Source: the human T2T-CHM13v2.0 reference genome, Homo sapiens
Direction: 5' to 3' (one strand)
Length of the DNA: 64,000 nucleotides
Assembly: GCF_009914755.1 (NCBI RefSeq)
Contig: NC_060933.1
Part shown: positions 45,147-59,788 of the stretch, one piece after another
Layout of the letters: every line of letters starts with the position of its first letter
How positions within the stretch are numbered: the first letter of the stretch is position 1
The notes under the pieces: model-generated
Told to the model about the DNA's origin: nothing
What the model saw: only the letters and a program-made list of their open reading frames with translations
Database searches by the model: none
Program-made: the position numbers and the translations under genes

Positions 45147-45927
45147 GGTATACTCTTCTAAACACATCTGCAATAGGAGATGTAATTAAAGCTTCCAGTT
45201 GGAGGCTTTCTGGACTTGGATTGCATTCTGGACTCTTGGTTGACACGGGCCTGGTGTGTGTGGGGGCTGTATAGGGCTATAGGGGCTTTACACCCATGTT
45301 TCTCTGTGGTCTTATTTGTACTTATATTCTTCAGAGTTTTTCCTAACTTTTCCCTTATACAATTTGTTGACTGCCTTTCTTGTGCTGCTTTTACCCTTAC
45401 AATTAGGTGGAATTTACCACCTAGTGGTAAATGGTACAATATATCATGGACTATTATAAAGCATTGAAATCTGACTTTTTCCTCTACATTTGTATTTAGT
45501 TTATTAATTTAGTTAATTCACGTTTTATAAATATAAAATATTAATTTAAAAACAAAGGCTTTTATCTCTTAAATTTCACAACCGTTATATTCACAGTTAT
45601 ATGCATGTTTGACATCACTGGCTTTATGGTCATCAGAGCTGCTTTTTGAGTCATCTAATTTTCAGAGCACATCATCTTCACTTTCAGCCAAAGTTAGCTG
45701 TGATTCAGCTTTTTTTAATCTGTGTAGGATGTTGTCACTGGAAATTTTACCAAGAGCTATAAAAGTTTGCTCAAATACTATGATAGAAGTTTTTTCGTTT
45801 GTTCTGACTATGAATATTTACAACCTCTTCAATGTAATTGTTCATTGCTTTTAAAAAACATATCAATATCTTATTTTTGAAAAACATTTAATATAAAGCA
45901 CTCTTACATATGAAGTGAAATGAATAG

Positions 45928-46246
<319 letters not shown>

Positions 46247-46837
46247 TAATTTTGGTTTTTTAAAAAGTCATTCAAAAATATGCCTGGAAGGAAATACATC
46301 AAAATGTTAACAGTAATCTCTTGTGGTAGAATTACAGCTAACTTTTATTTTCCGGATTTTAAAAATTCTTCATAATAAATAAACTTTATTTTTATAATCT
46401 GAAAAAAATTTTTCAAAGCGTTTATCCTAAGAATCAAAATGGCTTAACATTAGAAAACTCATTAATGTGATTCACTGTATTAACTGATCATAGTAGTATA
46501 ACCACAGGACTTGGTGGTCAATTTGATGTGGGAGAAATGGAAATGTCAGAGGAATTTCTAGAATGCTTGATTTGGTAACATGGAGCCTAGGAAACATTGT
46601 AGGATGGCAGAGAGACAAGTATGGGTTTGGTTTCAAGTAAGATGGGTTTACGTGCAGGCATATCAGTAGAAATGCATATGGTGGTAGACGATTGGAAATA
46701 GAGGAGATCTGGAGTTTAGGAATATGGGAAATGATCATACAACTTTCCTCAAGTAATTCACAAACTACCTGGGAGATTTTTAGTACACAGAGAAATTAAA
46801 ATGAATTAGTGTAGTTTGTTAAAATATATCATTCTAA

Positions 46838-47155
<318 letters not shown>

Positions 47156-47764
47156 ATTCTATAAGTGTAATGAAAGAGGAAAGGGAAATCAGTAATAAGG
47201 AAGGACGTGTATTTCAGGACCATTTTAGGAATCAGGTGGCATATTGAAGGTTGATGATGGATTGAGATTTAGACGTTCACTAGGGAAATATATAGGTTAA
47301 AGCATATGATTAAAATATCTAAACTTGTCAAAGTGAGGTTTTCCAAGCATTCAGAGAAATTGTTTGGCTAGTTTAAATGACTGTATTATCCTTAACCAAA
47401 GGATTAGCTAAATAAACATTTTGAATGGGTGCTTATCATTTATCGAGTATTTACTATGTCTCAGGCACTGTTCTAAGTGCTTTATATGAATTAATAGCAT
47501 TTAATTGTCATGAAAATCCTGAGTTAGGTACTATTTTTAGCCCTATTTTACAGAGGAGGAAATGGAGGCATATAAAGGGAACTGCAGTAGTAAAATGGTG
47601 AAGCCAGTATTTGAACCTGGGCCATTTAGCTCTAGTCTGTCTTCTCAGCCGCTGTCTTAAATTGTTACTCTCCATTTGTATACAAGTTTGTTTACAAATT
47701 CCAAAATAATATCAGTAATTTGAGGTATATGCTGTTCCACTGAGTTGTTGATTCTCCTTATGTG

Positions 47765-48055
47765 TTTTATTTTTGAAACAGAGTCATTTTCTGTCACCCA
47801 GGCTGGATTACAGTCACAAGATCATAGCAACTGCAGCCTCAATTTCCTAAGCTCAAGCAATCCTCTTGCCCCAGCCTTCCAAGTAGCTGGGACTACAAGT
47901 GTACTCCGCCATGCCTGGCTAATTATCTCATTTTGTGTGGAGACACGGTCTCATTTTGTTGCCTAGACTGACCTAAAACTCCTGTGCTCAGGTGATTCTC
48001 CTGCCTTGGCCTCCCAAAATGCTGGGATTACAGGTGTGAGCTACTGCGCCCCACC
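47765..48055 (-). mobile_element. Alu (AluJ-like)
   Basis: Diverged reverse dimer. Confidence 0.85.
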
Positions 48056-48266
48056 TGTCTTTATTTTGTTCATAAAATTCCACACTCTTTCCACAAAGGT
48101 CTGTATCGACTACCTGTAACTGAACTTCTCAATTTCATACTAATTCAATGTGCATTTTTGAAATCAAGTGATAGTATTTCTCAGATTTAAAAAAAAAATG
48201 TATTTTCAATGTCAAGTGTTAATTCGTCTCAGGTATTAAATAGGTAGTTAAAAAATATTAACATTT

Positions 48267-48563
48267 GGCAGGGAGTGGTGGCTCACACCTGCAATCCCAG
48301 CACTTTGGGAGGCCGAGGCAGGTGGATCATGAGGTTAGGAGTTCGAGACCAGCCTGATCAACATGGTGAAACCTTGTCTCTACTAAAAATACAAAAATTA
48401 ACTGGGCGTGGTGACACACGCCTGTAATCCCAGCTTCCAGGAGGCTGAGGCAGGAGAATTACTTGAACCCAGGAGGTGGAGGTTGCAGTGAGCTGAGATC
48501 GTGTTGCTGTACTCCAGCCTGGGCAACAGAGTGAGACTCCATCTCAACAAAAAGAAAAAAAAA
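48267..48563 (+). mobile_element. Alu (AluS-like)
   Basis: Dimer; near-TSD aattaacattt. Confidence 0.92.
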
Positions 48564-48870
48564 ATTAACATTTAATGATACCCTTCCCCATGGCCCCAAG
48601 TGTCAGGAACCCTTTCATGTTATCCTTCCTGCAAAATAAACCAGAATGGATAAGGCTTTTGGTATTTCAGTAAGTCACAATGCTGCCATGAAGAAGTAAA
48701 CAAGAGGAGCAATGCTTTATCGTGGATGGTAGATAGAGTTGAAAATATTACCTCTCCAGAAGTGTAAGAAAGCTAAGGCAAAACTGCTTCATAGGATTTA
48801 CTTTGTGGGTTCAAGTATAAGAAATAAGGATTGTGCTTTCTTTAAATCTGAGTCCCAGGAATCATTAGGC

Positions 48871-49762
48871 TTTTTTAAGAGATATGGTCTTGCTCTGTCA
48901 CCCAGGCTGAAGTGCAGTGGTGAGGTCATAGCTCACTGCAGCCTCCACCATCTGGGCTCAAGGTGTGCTCTCACCTCAGCCTCCCAAATAGTGGGGATTA
49001 CACCACGCCTAGCAATATTCTTATACTTTAAGAAGTAGTTTTAAGTAACTTCCATAATCATTCTGTTTCTCAGAACTTCAAATGACCTAATCATTATGTC
49101 CAAAGCGTTGGGGAAATAACTTTATAAAGCTTAGAATACTCTATGAGAAAATGCTACAGTCTTTATCCTTTTTTTTAATCCTTTTAAGAGATGAGGTCTC
49201 GCTGTATTGCCCAAGCTGGAGCACAGTGGTTCCATCATACCTTCTGCAGCCTCTAGCTCCTAGGCTCCCAAGTGATCCTGCCCCCTCAGACTCCCAAGTA
49301 GCTGGGACTACAGGTGCACACTACCATGCCCAGCTAATTTTTAAGCTTTTTCTGTAGAGACAGGGTCTTACTATGTTGCTGAGGTTGGCCTGCAACTCCT
49401 GGACTCCACCATTCCTCTGGCCTCAGCCTCCAAAAGTGCTGAGATTACAAGCATGTGCCACCATGCCCAGCTTATCTCCTTTGAGACAGAGTCTCTCGCT
49501 CTGTCGCCCAGGCTGGAGTGCTGTGGTGCAATCTCGGCTCGCTGCAACCTCCGCCTCCTGGGTTCAAGTGATTCTTGTGCCTCAGCCTTCCAAGTAGCTG
49601 GGATTTACCTGCCACCATGCCCAACTAATTTTTATATTTTTAGTAGAGACAGGGTTTTACCATGTTGGCCAGGCTGGTCTCGAACTCCTGACCTCAGGTG
49701 ATCCGCCTGCCTTGGCCTCCCAAAGTGCTGGGATTGCAGGCATGAGCCACCGTGGCTGGCCC
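48871..49762 (-). mobile_element. Cluster of minus-strand Alus (about 48871-49012 partial, 49170-49472, 49480-49762)
   Basis: Three reverse Alu segments. Confidence 0.85.
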
Positions 49763-50037
49763 CACCCCCTTTTTTTAAGTGAGGAGAAAATGAATCATTT
49801 ATTTTTGATTGACTCACATTGTTGCTGTGTATTCTCAGTAGGACATTTGTCTTCAGTTTTGTTCTTTCTTGTGTACTGATGTGGAATTAAATATATAGGA
49901 GTTCATTTTGCACCTACAGGAAAAGTTTACTGCTAAACTCTTGAGTCAGCTCTACAAAATTTCCATGAATATCCAGACTTCTTTGCATGAGTCTAAGGAA
50001 TCTAAACCTAACATTGCTATATTGAATTTATTCAGTT

Positions 50038-50195
50038 AGCCAGGCACAGTGGCTCATGCCCATAATCCCAGCACTTTGGGAGGCCTAGCCAGGAGAATAT
50101 CTTGAGGCCAGGAGTTCAAGACCAGCCTGAGCAACATAATAAGCCTCTCATCTTTATGGAGAAAAAAAAGAAGAGAAAAAAAGAAAAGAAAAAAA
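50038..50195 (+). mobile_element. FLAM/Alu monomer
   Basis: Left arm plus A-rich tail. Confidence 0.8.
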
Positions 50196-50771
50196 TCTAT
50201 TCAGTTATGACTGACTGGACAACATTAAAAAGTCAACACTTTGCTGGTTCCGTGATTTCTTGGTGGTATTGACTTTGACCAAATTTCCTGCTAATTTAGA
50301 TAAAGGTGTAGATATAACTTAAATAGTATTTGGATTTCTTTGACACCTTGAAACAAAATGACAACCATTTTCAAATATGCTTAACTAATTTTTAAAAGAC
50401 TTTGTTTATAACAGACATCATGAGTAAATGGCTTACATAACTAACTCTCAATTTGCCCAAGACTGCGGGCATTCATGGATGTAGGACTTTTTAATATTGA
50501 ACTGGCCACTCTGGCCTGATTAATTATCTGAAATAAAACTTCCTGTGAATTTTAGGAGCTATTTCCAGTCTACTGAGTATTGCTTTAAAGAGTACTGTCC
50601 CTCACTTGCTCTTTTACCATAATCTGTTGCTCTGGTAATATGAATTGTCTTTAAAGAGAATCATTTAAAAATACCATTGAGAGATTAATGAATTAAGAAT
50701 GGTTGGTATTTCTTCCCTTATGGGAAGAAAGAAAATATTTGACACTTATGGTTCAATTCTTTTTTTTACAG

Positions 50772-50887
50772 GTATGTTGAGTCGATGGGATGATAGCCAG
50801 AGATTTTTGTCTGACCATCCATACCTTGTATGTGAAGAAACTGCTAAATATCTTATTTTATGGTGTTTTCACCTGGAAGCTGAGAAG
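50772..50887 (+). CDS. CDC37L1: CDC37L1 exon 4 (116 nt; GMLSRWDDSQRFLSDHPYLVCEETAKYLILWCFHLEAEK)
   Basis: tttacAG acceptor, AAG|GTATTA donor; Cdc37 Hsp90-binding middle-domain motif. Confidence 0.96.
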
Positions 50888-51432
50888 GTATTATTATGTG
50901 AACCTTGAGTTTCTGGGAACCTTAGTGGAAATCTGATTTCATACTTTATTGATGTTTTGTTTTGTTTTCTACATTAAGTCCTTTAAAAGAAAGCAGGAAG
51001 GTCATTAGATGGAATTACCATTTTTTGCTTCCAGATCTACTTGAGTTTAATGTGGGATTTTGTTGTTGTTGTTGTTTCAGTTAGCATACAGAAACTTTTC
51101 CACTATGCTTTCTCTGCCACTCCACCTCCATCTCTCTTGTTTTCATATTACTATAATCCTTTTCAAACTAATTTGAAAGTCGTATTTTAAAAATCCAGAC
51201 GGTAATCATGGTATTAAATCAAGTTCAGAGCATGGTCTTCCTTTAGTTATTCTGGTCCACATACAAATAATAAAAAAAAAACTAAGATATACTCTTTATA
51301 TGTTTGTAAAGTATTTGACTTATAACTTAAGAGAGTAAAATCAAAAGTATTTTAAAAATTCAAAATTTGAATCAGTATGCCAATTAAATATATTTATATA
51401 TTTGTTTCTTATATCATTTAAATCTTTTTCAG

Positions 51433-51555
51433 AAAGGGGCTTTAATGGAACAAATAGCACATCAAGCTGTTGTAATGCAGTTTATTATGGAAATGGCCAA
51501 AAACTGTAATGTGGATCCAAGAGGGTGTTTTCGTTTATTTTTCCAGAAAGCCAAA
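51433..51555 (+). CDS. CDC37L1: CDC37L1 exon 5 (123 nt; KGALMEQIAHQ...FFQKAK)
   Basis: ttttcAG acceptor, AAA|GTAAGT donor; Cdc37-like VDPRGCFRLFF. Confidence 0.96.
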
Positions 51556-52897
51556 GTAAGTAGTTATTTGATATTGATAAATGGGAAGATTTGGTCCCAG
51601 CTGAGACCTCTTTGTTCTGTTCATATCAATAGAAGGCATCCAAGCAGGATGCCACAGGCTAAATTCTGTAGATTTTCTTGTGAAAAGAAAATTTATATTG
51701 CTAATTTCTTGCTAATTTAAACTTAAAAGAGCTATATAAGAGGCTGTACTACAGCATGTATATGAAATTGAGACCCATTTAAATGAATGTGTGTATTCAG
51801 GAAACTTACGTTCCATCATTAATTCATTCAGTAAATACTGAGTGCCTAATGCAAAGCACAGCTGTTTCAGATGCTCAGGATGCATTATTGAGCAAAATAG
51901 ATACAGGATTCTTCATGTGTAGAACTCAGCAGTTTAATGAGAAATCAGACTTTTATAAAGAAAAAATAGGAAGCAACCTAAAAATTCAGCAATTAAGGGA
52001 ATAGTTAAAAATACCCATGGTACATAGAATATCATGCACCCTTTAAAATTATATTTATGGAACTTTTGTAATGAGCTGAAGAAATGCTTACGCTATGAAT
52101 TCACAGGAAGCAGTACATACTAGATGATGTTGGCTATGTTGAAGAAAAATAGATGTCTAGAAAGATTAAGTACCTTTCACACTCACAAGATTTGCAGTAA
52201 TTTAAAAGCTGCCCAAGAAGTAGGGCAATAAGAATTTGCGTTCACTGCTAGTGGAAGTATAAATTGGAACAACCACTTTAAAAAATTTCCTAGTAAAGTT
52301 GAACAAGTGCCTGCCTTAACACCCAGAAATTCTCCTAGGTGTATGCATCCTAGAGAGTAGATTCTCAAGGTGGGGTCCAGGAACCCGGAGGGGCTTCAAG
52401 ACCTTTTCAGGAGGTTCTCTGTCGAAACTATTTTCATAATAATACCAAGATGTTATTTTTAATTTTCATTTTCATTCCTCAGTAGTGTACAATAGAGATT
52501 AATGCGGAAGTACAAATATGAGAATCTAGCCATCTTCTGTAAAGTCAGACATTAGATTTAGAAAAATTAAAGGAAAAAGCAGCTCTCTTCTCACTAAATT
52601 TTTTTGTTTTGGAAAACTTTTTTTTTAAATAAAAATGTTATTAATGGTAGTGTAATGAGTTTGTCATTGTTATTTTTAGTTAATGTTTTAAAAATTCCTC
52701 AGTTTTCATTTCTAACAGTAAATACTGACAGATACAACTCACATAAACAGAAGCTCTTTAGGGTCCTCAATAATTTTGAAGACTGTAAAGAGAACTGCTG
52801 CGCTAGAGAAACTCTTACACATATGTACTAGATTGCCGTAATGTTCATAGTAGATTGTAATAGCTAAAAGCCTGGAAACAATAAATAAATTGTGGTG

Positions 52898-53106
52898 TAG
52901 GTTGAGTATTCCTAATCCAAAATCCAAAACGCTCCAAAATCCAAAACTGTTTGAGCATCGACATGACACTCAAGGGAAATACTCACAGATTTTGTGTTTT
53001 CAATTTAGAGATCTTCACTGGTAAGTATAATGCAAATATTCCCAGATCTGAAAAAACTGACAATCTGAAAAACTTCTGGTGCCAAGCATTTCAGATATTC
53101 AACCTG
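52898..53106. mobile_element. Tigger4a/MER46-like TcMar MITE
   Basis: TIRs aggttgagtat / atattcaacctg with flanking TA. Confidence 0.7.
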
Positions 53107-53834
53107 TATATTCATTCTGTAAAATACTAGCCAACATCAGCATGGATGGAAAAACAAGAGAGTGAATCAAACAAACCACAGAGTGATGTATCTGTTTAGA
53201 TAGATGCTAAATGGATATATCTAGTATCAATGTTCGTATTTTGTATTTTTTTATAAAGTATTTTTTTAGTGACAGGCAGAACTAAATAATATATTGTTGA
53301 AGGATACATATATAAGCAGTAAAACTAAAAAGCAAAGGAATAATTAAGAAGACAAAAGTTACAATAATGATAACCTCAGGGAGGGAGGGGGAATGCTCTT
53401 GGGAACTGGTTTCTAGGATCCTAGTAATGATCCATATCCTAATTTCTATGGGTAAATAGTGGGGGTTTTGCTGAATAAACTGTGCGCATATCTTTTACAT
53501 GCTCTTCTGCACATAGGATATATTTGAACATATACAATTAGAAGTTAAAAGGAAGTATACCAAAAGTTTAACTTTGGTTATACTTGTGTGGTGAAATTAT
53601 AAATAATTTCCGTTTTCTTTTTCATGTACTACAATGAACATTTCCTATTATAAACATAAAATTATATTTTTATATTAAAAAAAAACTCTCAATGTGGCAG
53701 TAGTCCTAACTTAAATACCCTAAACTCTTCTGAAATGCAACCAAAATATGAAATTTTCCTGAAACAGTTGAACTTTAATAGCAAATGCTTGACTTGATAT
53801 TTTAGCTAGGCTGCTTCTGGTGACTAGTCTAAAC

Positions 53835-54187
<353 letters not shown>

Positions 54188-55539
54188 TAATGGATGTGTT
54201 TAAACTGGTGTTTAATAAAATAATGGAATGTGGCCAAATCATATATATTGTTTGACATTTACTTTACCAAAGTAAAACGGAAAGGCACTGGTCTTCAATC
54301 TTAACATTGTATGCTTAATAATACTTTTTTTTAAATTATGAAATAATCACTTTCATGGTATGCTTACTTTGTTCCAGGGACTATTCTAAGCACTTTACAT
54401 GTATTAACTCATTAAATTCATATAACATTTTATGAGGATTACTGTTGCTATCTTATGGGTGAAGAAATTGGCATAAAGAAATTAAGTAAGTGGCCCACAA
54501 ATTACTTAATAATACAAAATCTGTCATCACTCTATATCTAAATCCCTAAACCTTAAGCATGCAATGAGGACAGCAATTGTGCCTCTTAATTTTCAGAAAG
54601 AATCCTTATGGATATTACATACTCTGTGTCCACACAAGTTCTTATAAAGTGAGGTGCTAAAATGTAATTAAGGAAATTCTTCCTAAATTTACAAGAAGAT
54701 AGGATGGCAGCACAGAACACTCTCTGCATTATTTCAATAGAAGCTGATGGTAGTAACTAATCCACAGGTTTTAACCTGTTACGCAACCTAAAATCCATTT
54801 GACAAGATCTCTTCCACTACTTGAACTTAAAGCCTGCATTCTATTGGTAGGATAAATCTCTGTATCATTTCTCTATATTCAGAGGAAACATAAACAGAGG
54901 CAGCTGCCAATAGGGAGTTGCCTAAGAGTTCCACTCCCTCGACCTAAGTTATCATACTTTTTCTTTCCATAATATTGAAAAGAAGGTACTTGCTTAACTA
55001 GAGCAAGATGGTTCCATAATGACGTTGACTATTGAATTCTATTTGGTTTTCGTAGCTCTTTTAAGTAGGGAATATACAGTTAGAAAATTACTAGGAACAG
55101 GTAATAGTGCCCCCTCATTAATTGTTGGAGAATTAAAAGGTTTTAAGAATATCCCTTGATTGTTTGGTAGTAGGAAGAAGATAGAATGAATTGGACAGAT
55201 TAAATGACTATTTTGGATCCTGTTAAGGATCTAGATAAGTCAAGGAAAATACAGAGAAAGCCTTCTTTTCTTTTAGTTGTGTGCATATGCATAGGGAGGG
55301 GTTGTTTTTTATTAGCTTATTTTGCTGAAGCAGAAGGAAATGGAGCAAACCAATTATTAATGTTCCTATAAATCAGGTAGTTTTCACAAATGTGACAGGG
55401 ATCGTGGTGGTTTCTATATTTAGACTATTCACCTTGTCATTACTTCCTCCACTTCAAACCTGTTATATGCTTTCTGGAATTTACTATGTCTAGAAATCTT
55501 GAAGAACACAGTCTTTGTTTTTTTTTTTGTTTTTTCTAG

Positions 55540-55704
55540 GCAGAGGAAGAAGGTTATTTTGAAGCATTCAAAAATGAACTTGAAGCTTTCAAGTCAAGAG
55601 TAAGACTTTATTCTCAATCACAAAGTTTTCAACCTATGACAGTTCAGAATCATGTTCCCCATTCTGGTGTTGGATCTATAGGTTTATTAGAATCCTTACC
55701 ACAG
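55540..55704 (+). CDS. CDC37L1: CDC37L1 exon 6 (165 nt; AEEEGYFEAFKNELEAFKSRVR...LESLPQ)
   Basis: Long polypyrimidine tract plus tAG, CAG|GTAAGT donor. Confidence 0.96.
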
Positions 55705-56275
55705 GTAAGTTGGAAAAGTAAATATTTGTTTTATAAGCCTATTAATTCACATAATTTTTGTTATTTTGCCCCACTCTTTTTTTTTTTTAATATGTGCTAC
55801 TATTTTAAATATTCCTGCCTCAGAAGATAACTGTTGAATCTTACTTCATGCCATGTTTTGGTGCTGAATCTCACCTCTTAAGTATTTAGAGATACCAGAT
55901 TTCCTCTCCTTTTAATGTAGTAGTGATTAGTTATACCTAACCATTCTTAAGAACAAATCTTAGCTATTGATCATCTCAATCATAAACTCTTCAAGATGGC
56001 TCCCTCAGGAGCTTCCTTAAAACATCTCATCCTGAGTTAAAACTATGCCATTTTGAATTTTTTAGGATGATTAGCTTCAAAGTGGACATGCACATGGAAC
56101 CAGTGTGATCTGTTGCTTAAGTTTATTTAGTATTTTCTTGTTAAATGTTGGGTCTACCAGATATAACATTTTTAGAACACATTAATGTAGCTGATAATAT
56201 TGTATCTGGTAATACTGGCCAACTGTTTGAGCCTCTTTGAAGTCTTCAGTGGTTTGATCAAGATAAAACCATGTC

Positions 56276-56617
<342 letters not shown>

Positions 56618-56761
56618 TTACATCAAAAAGGAGACATGATCAGACCACTGGTCTGCCTGATGCTAGTTAGGATTACAAGTTTAAGTTATTATTAGATAAT
56701 TCCTACCCATTTGATTTTACTAGTAGCACTTTAATAGAGCCCAGTCATCTCTCATTTCCAG

Positions 56762-56776
56762 GCTCCAAGATTTTAA
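56762..56776 (+). CDS. CDC37L1: Candidate alternative CDC37L1 exon encoding APRF-stop (308-aa isoform)
   Basis: tctctcatttccAG|GCT CCA AGA TTT TAA, in phase 0 with exon 6. Confidence 0.5.
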   Translation, partial: APRF

Positions 56777-59686
56777 GACCAGCTTTAGCCAGTTTAATCT
56801 GTTGTCTACATTGTGAGAAGGAAAGTCTTATTCAAAAGACAATGTGAGGAGAGTCCTATATTTAGTTTTAAACCTCATAAAGTGCTAAAAATTGGGATTT
56901 TCAGTGGCTTGACCTTATCTCACTGTAATTTCACCATTCCAATTACATGTATGTCCTTTAAGGAAAGTGATTGATCATATTTACCCCAGTCAAAAATATT
57001 ATTATCAGGAGTCTCTGAGCCTACTCTGGCTGAAAAAAAAAAAAAAAAGTCTCAAGGATGGAAATAATTAATGTTTGATTTTTAAATAATTAGTAATGTT
57101 CCCCCTTAGTTAGACATGTAAAGAATATTCCCTCTACAAATTCCTACAGATTATCTCTTAATTTTATTTAAATTCAGTGATGATTTTTCTCTTCAGTTCC
57201 TAAGAAATAGCCCATAGGGAAGTAGTTTTTCCAGGGGAATTCTGTGACCAAGTCACTGTGAAATCCAATATATAAACCTCCTGCAATTAAAATGTCACAT
57301 AATGCATGGGAAGGAGAAAAGAGACTTTGGAAGGATGTAACTGATTCTAAATATAAGAGGGAAAGATACACATTATAGTATCTTAAGCCTATATTATCAA
57401 GAAGTTGCCTCTGGTTTGAGAGAAGTAAGTCCTTGTTGTTATTAGATAGCAACTATATATTAGATAGCAACTGATATCAGGTGCTAGGCATCCCTTATAG
57501 TCATGGGGGGACTAGAATTATACAATTCTGACACTTCTGTATTGCTGATATTATCAGGGTTATTCAGATTTAATTAAGCTGGGCTAATCTCCTCATGGTG
57601 GGAGACCAATTCCTTATGGTAAGTAATTTGAGCATCCTGATGTGGTCCTTCTGAAGGATACAAGGGCTGGAGAAAATTTCAGTTAGATGCTTGCTACATG
57701 TGCGGAAAGGATTATCGACTAGTTGAGGGAAGTAAAATGAGAGGCCACCTGAAAGACCAAATCATCAGTTTAGAGGTTTGGAAGAAAAATCTTACCATAA
57801 TAATAACATCCCATTTTTATATCAGTTTATATGTTGTAAAGCACTTTCACACATATTATTTAATTTTCTCAAACACCCTGTGATTCATTTTCATTCATTT
57901 TTATAGATGAGTAAACTGAAATTCATAGAACTTAAGAAATTTGCCTGAGGTCAACACAATAAGTGATGAATCTAATATTCTACTTTTGGATTTCTATTAT
58001 GCTTCACTGCTTATTCACCTATACCACAGACTGTGAATCATATGTGTTGAGAATGTTACTAGATGAAAATATGGGACAGTCAATGAAATCTAAGTGTAGG
58101 TTAGGTCGGGTATACCGATTCCTTCTTATTTTTTAAAGTCTCTGTATGATAGTATCTTACAGTTCTTAGGAAGATGGGTGGATGAGTTTTGGAGAATCTC
58201 CTCAGCCAATTCTGTTATTAAAAGTTGTGCCATGGAAAACTGGAGCCCAGTCTTAATAGAGTAATTGTAAGCTCTGTTCCAGAGAATTAGGCTTGGATTG
58301 TTAGAAAAAGGTCTTAAAGCTGTTTTTTTGGAGAATGAGACAATGTAACAATAATATTGGTCATTTTTGATAAAGCTTAAGTGTGGGTAACCATTTAGCT
58401 TTTCATTTCTTTTTTTTAATAATTGACAGCAATCGTGTGAAATAAGCCAAATACCATTCATTATCCTTAGTTTTGAGAGGTCTAATCCAAGGCCTCTTGG
58501 ATATAGAAATAATAACAGTTAACTTTAGGTTTATCCTGTAGACTAGTTTTTAATTTTACTAAATTGTGAATTTTGTTCTCCTTGAGGCTTGCTTTACTAA
58601 ATAGAGGCAGGATTAAAACTGAAGCCCAGTGTGAGTGTCCCAGACCTCAGTCAGTTGTCCCTGCTACTTCCTTCATAAAGACCTGATTGGGAATAATCCG
58701 AACTCCAGCTAGCTTTTTGACTTTTAGAATAAAGGAATCTCACAAAGTGTTGTACTTTCTTAGGAGGATCTTTAGAAAACCCTGCCTCCCAACCTCCTAT
58801 TGGATGGTGAGGTTTAAGACATCTATCCTGTTTGACTACTGTCCTCACTGGTGTTTATTAAATAAAATAAATATAAGTAAAACTAGTAATACAAGTGGTA
58901 AAAGTCTTAAGTAACTAGCAGATATTCGGAACAATTGAGTAGACAAAATTGAATTGGGGAAGAATTTTCTAAAGTTCTGGGTCTTAAGGGCTATACCCTT
59001 ATTCATGGTGCTTTAATAATGGTTTTATTTTTGCATTTATTGAGTAAGATTTTATGTTTTCTATTCCCAGTTTTTGAAATTGACAAGCATAACATTTATG
59101 AGTTTATGCTTGTTTAACAAATCCTGTTGTTTTATTCTCAGTTTAAAAAATAAGGGTGTAAATACATCTCAAAAGTGTACAGATTTCTCACTGAGTTTGT
59201 TTTAACCTTTGGGAAACCACAATAGACCCTGAAGATATCCATAATTTTTACCCAGTAAATTTTTTCTTTATTTAGATGATTTGCAGTTTTAGTATTTACT
59301 GTTGTAATTAGATGGTAATCTTAAAAATGCATTGCTAACTTCAAACCATATTTAAATTATCAGTAGCTATGTATATATAATCACATGGAGGTTGTAGCCT
59401 TGCCTTGTATGATTAAACAGAGAAGAAAGGTGGTATTTGTTAACATTTCTGTTTTTTACATGTATCATTCTTTTATCACATCTCATAGGTGATAGCATCC
59501 TATTTTTTTCTTTATTTTCTTGGGATTCAGCCCAAGTCTGTCTCCAAAGTCCATCTTCTTTCCTACTGCTCTACTACACTGCAGAGAAATAGGACGGTGA
59601 AACTGAATATATATGTATGTACTGTCATAAAACTGGTTATAATGCGTTCTTTTTCTCCCCCCAATCTACCTTTTCTTTTTCCCCAG

Positions 59687-59788
59687 AATCCAGATTATCT
59701 TCAGTATTCTATCAGTACAGCTCTCTGCAGCTTAAACTCGGTGGTACATAAAGAAGATGATGAACCCAAAATGATGGACACTGTATAA
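59687..59788 (+). CDS. CDC37L1: CDC37L1 exon 7 coding part (NPDYLQYS...KMMDTV-stop)
   Basis: Strong polypyrimidine tract plus cAG; TAA stop; exon lengths sum to 1014 nt. Confidence 0.96.
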   Translation, partial: NPDYLQYSISTALCSLNSVVHKEDDEPKMMDTV

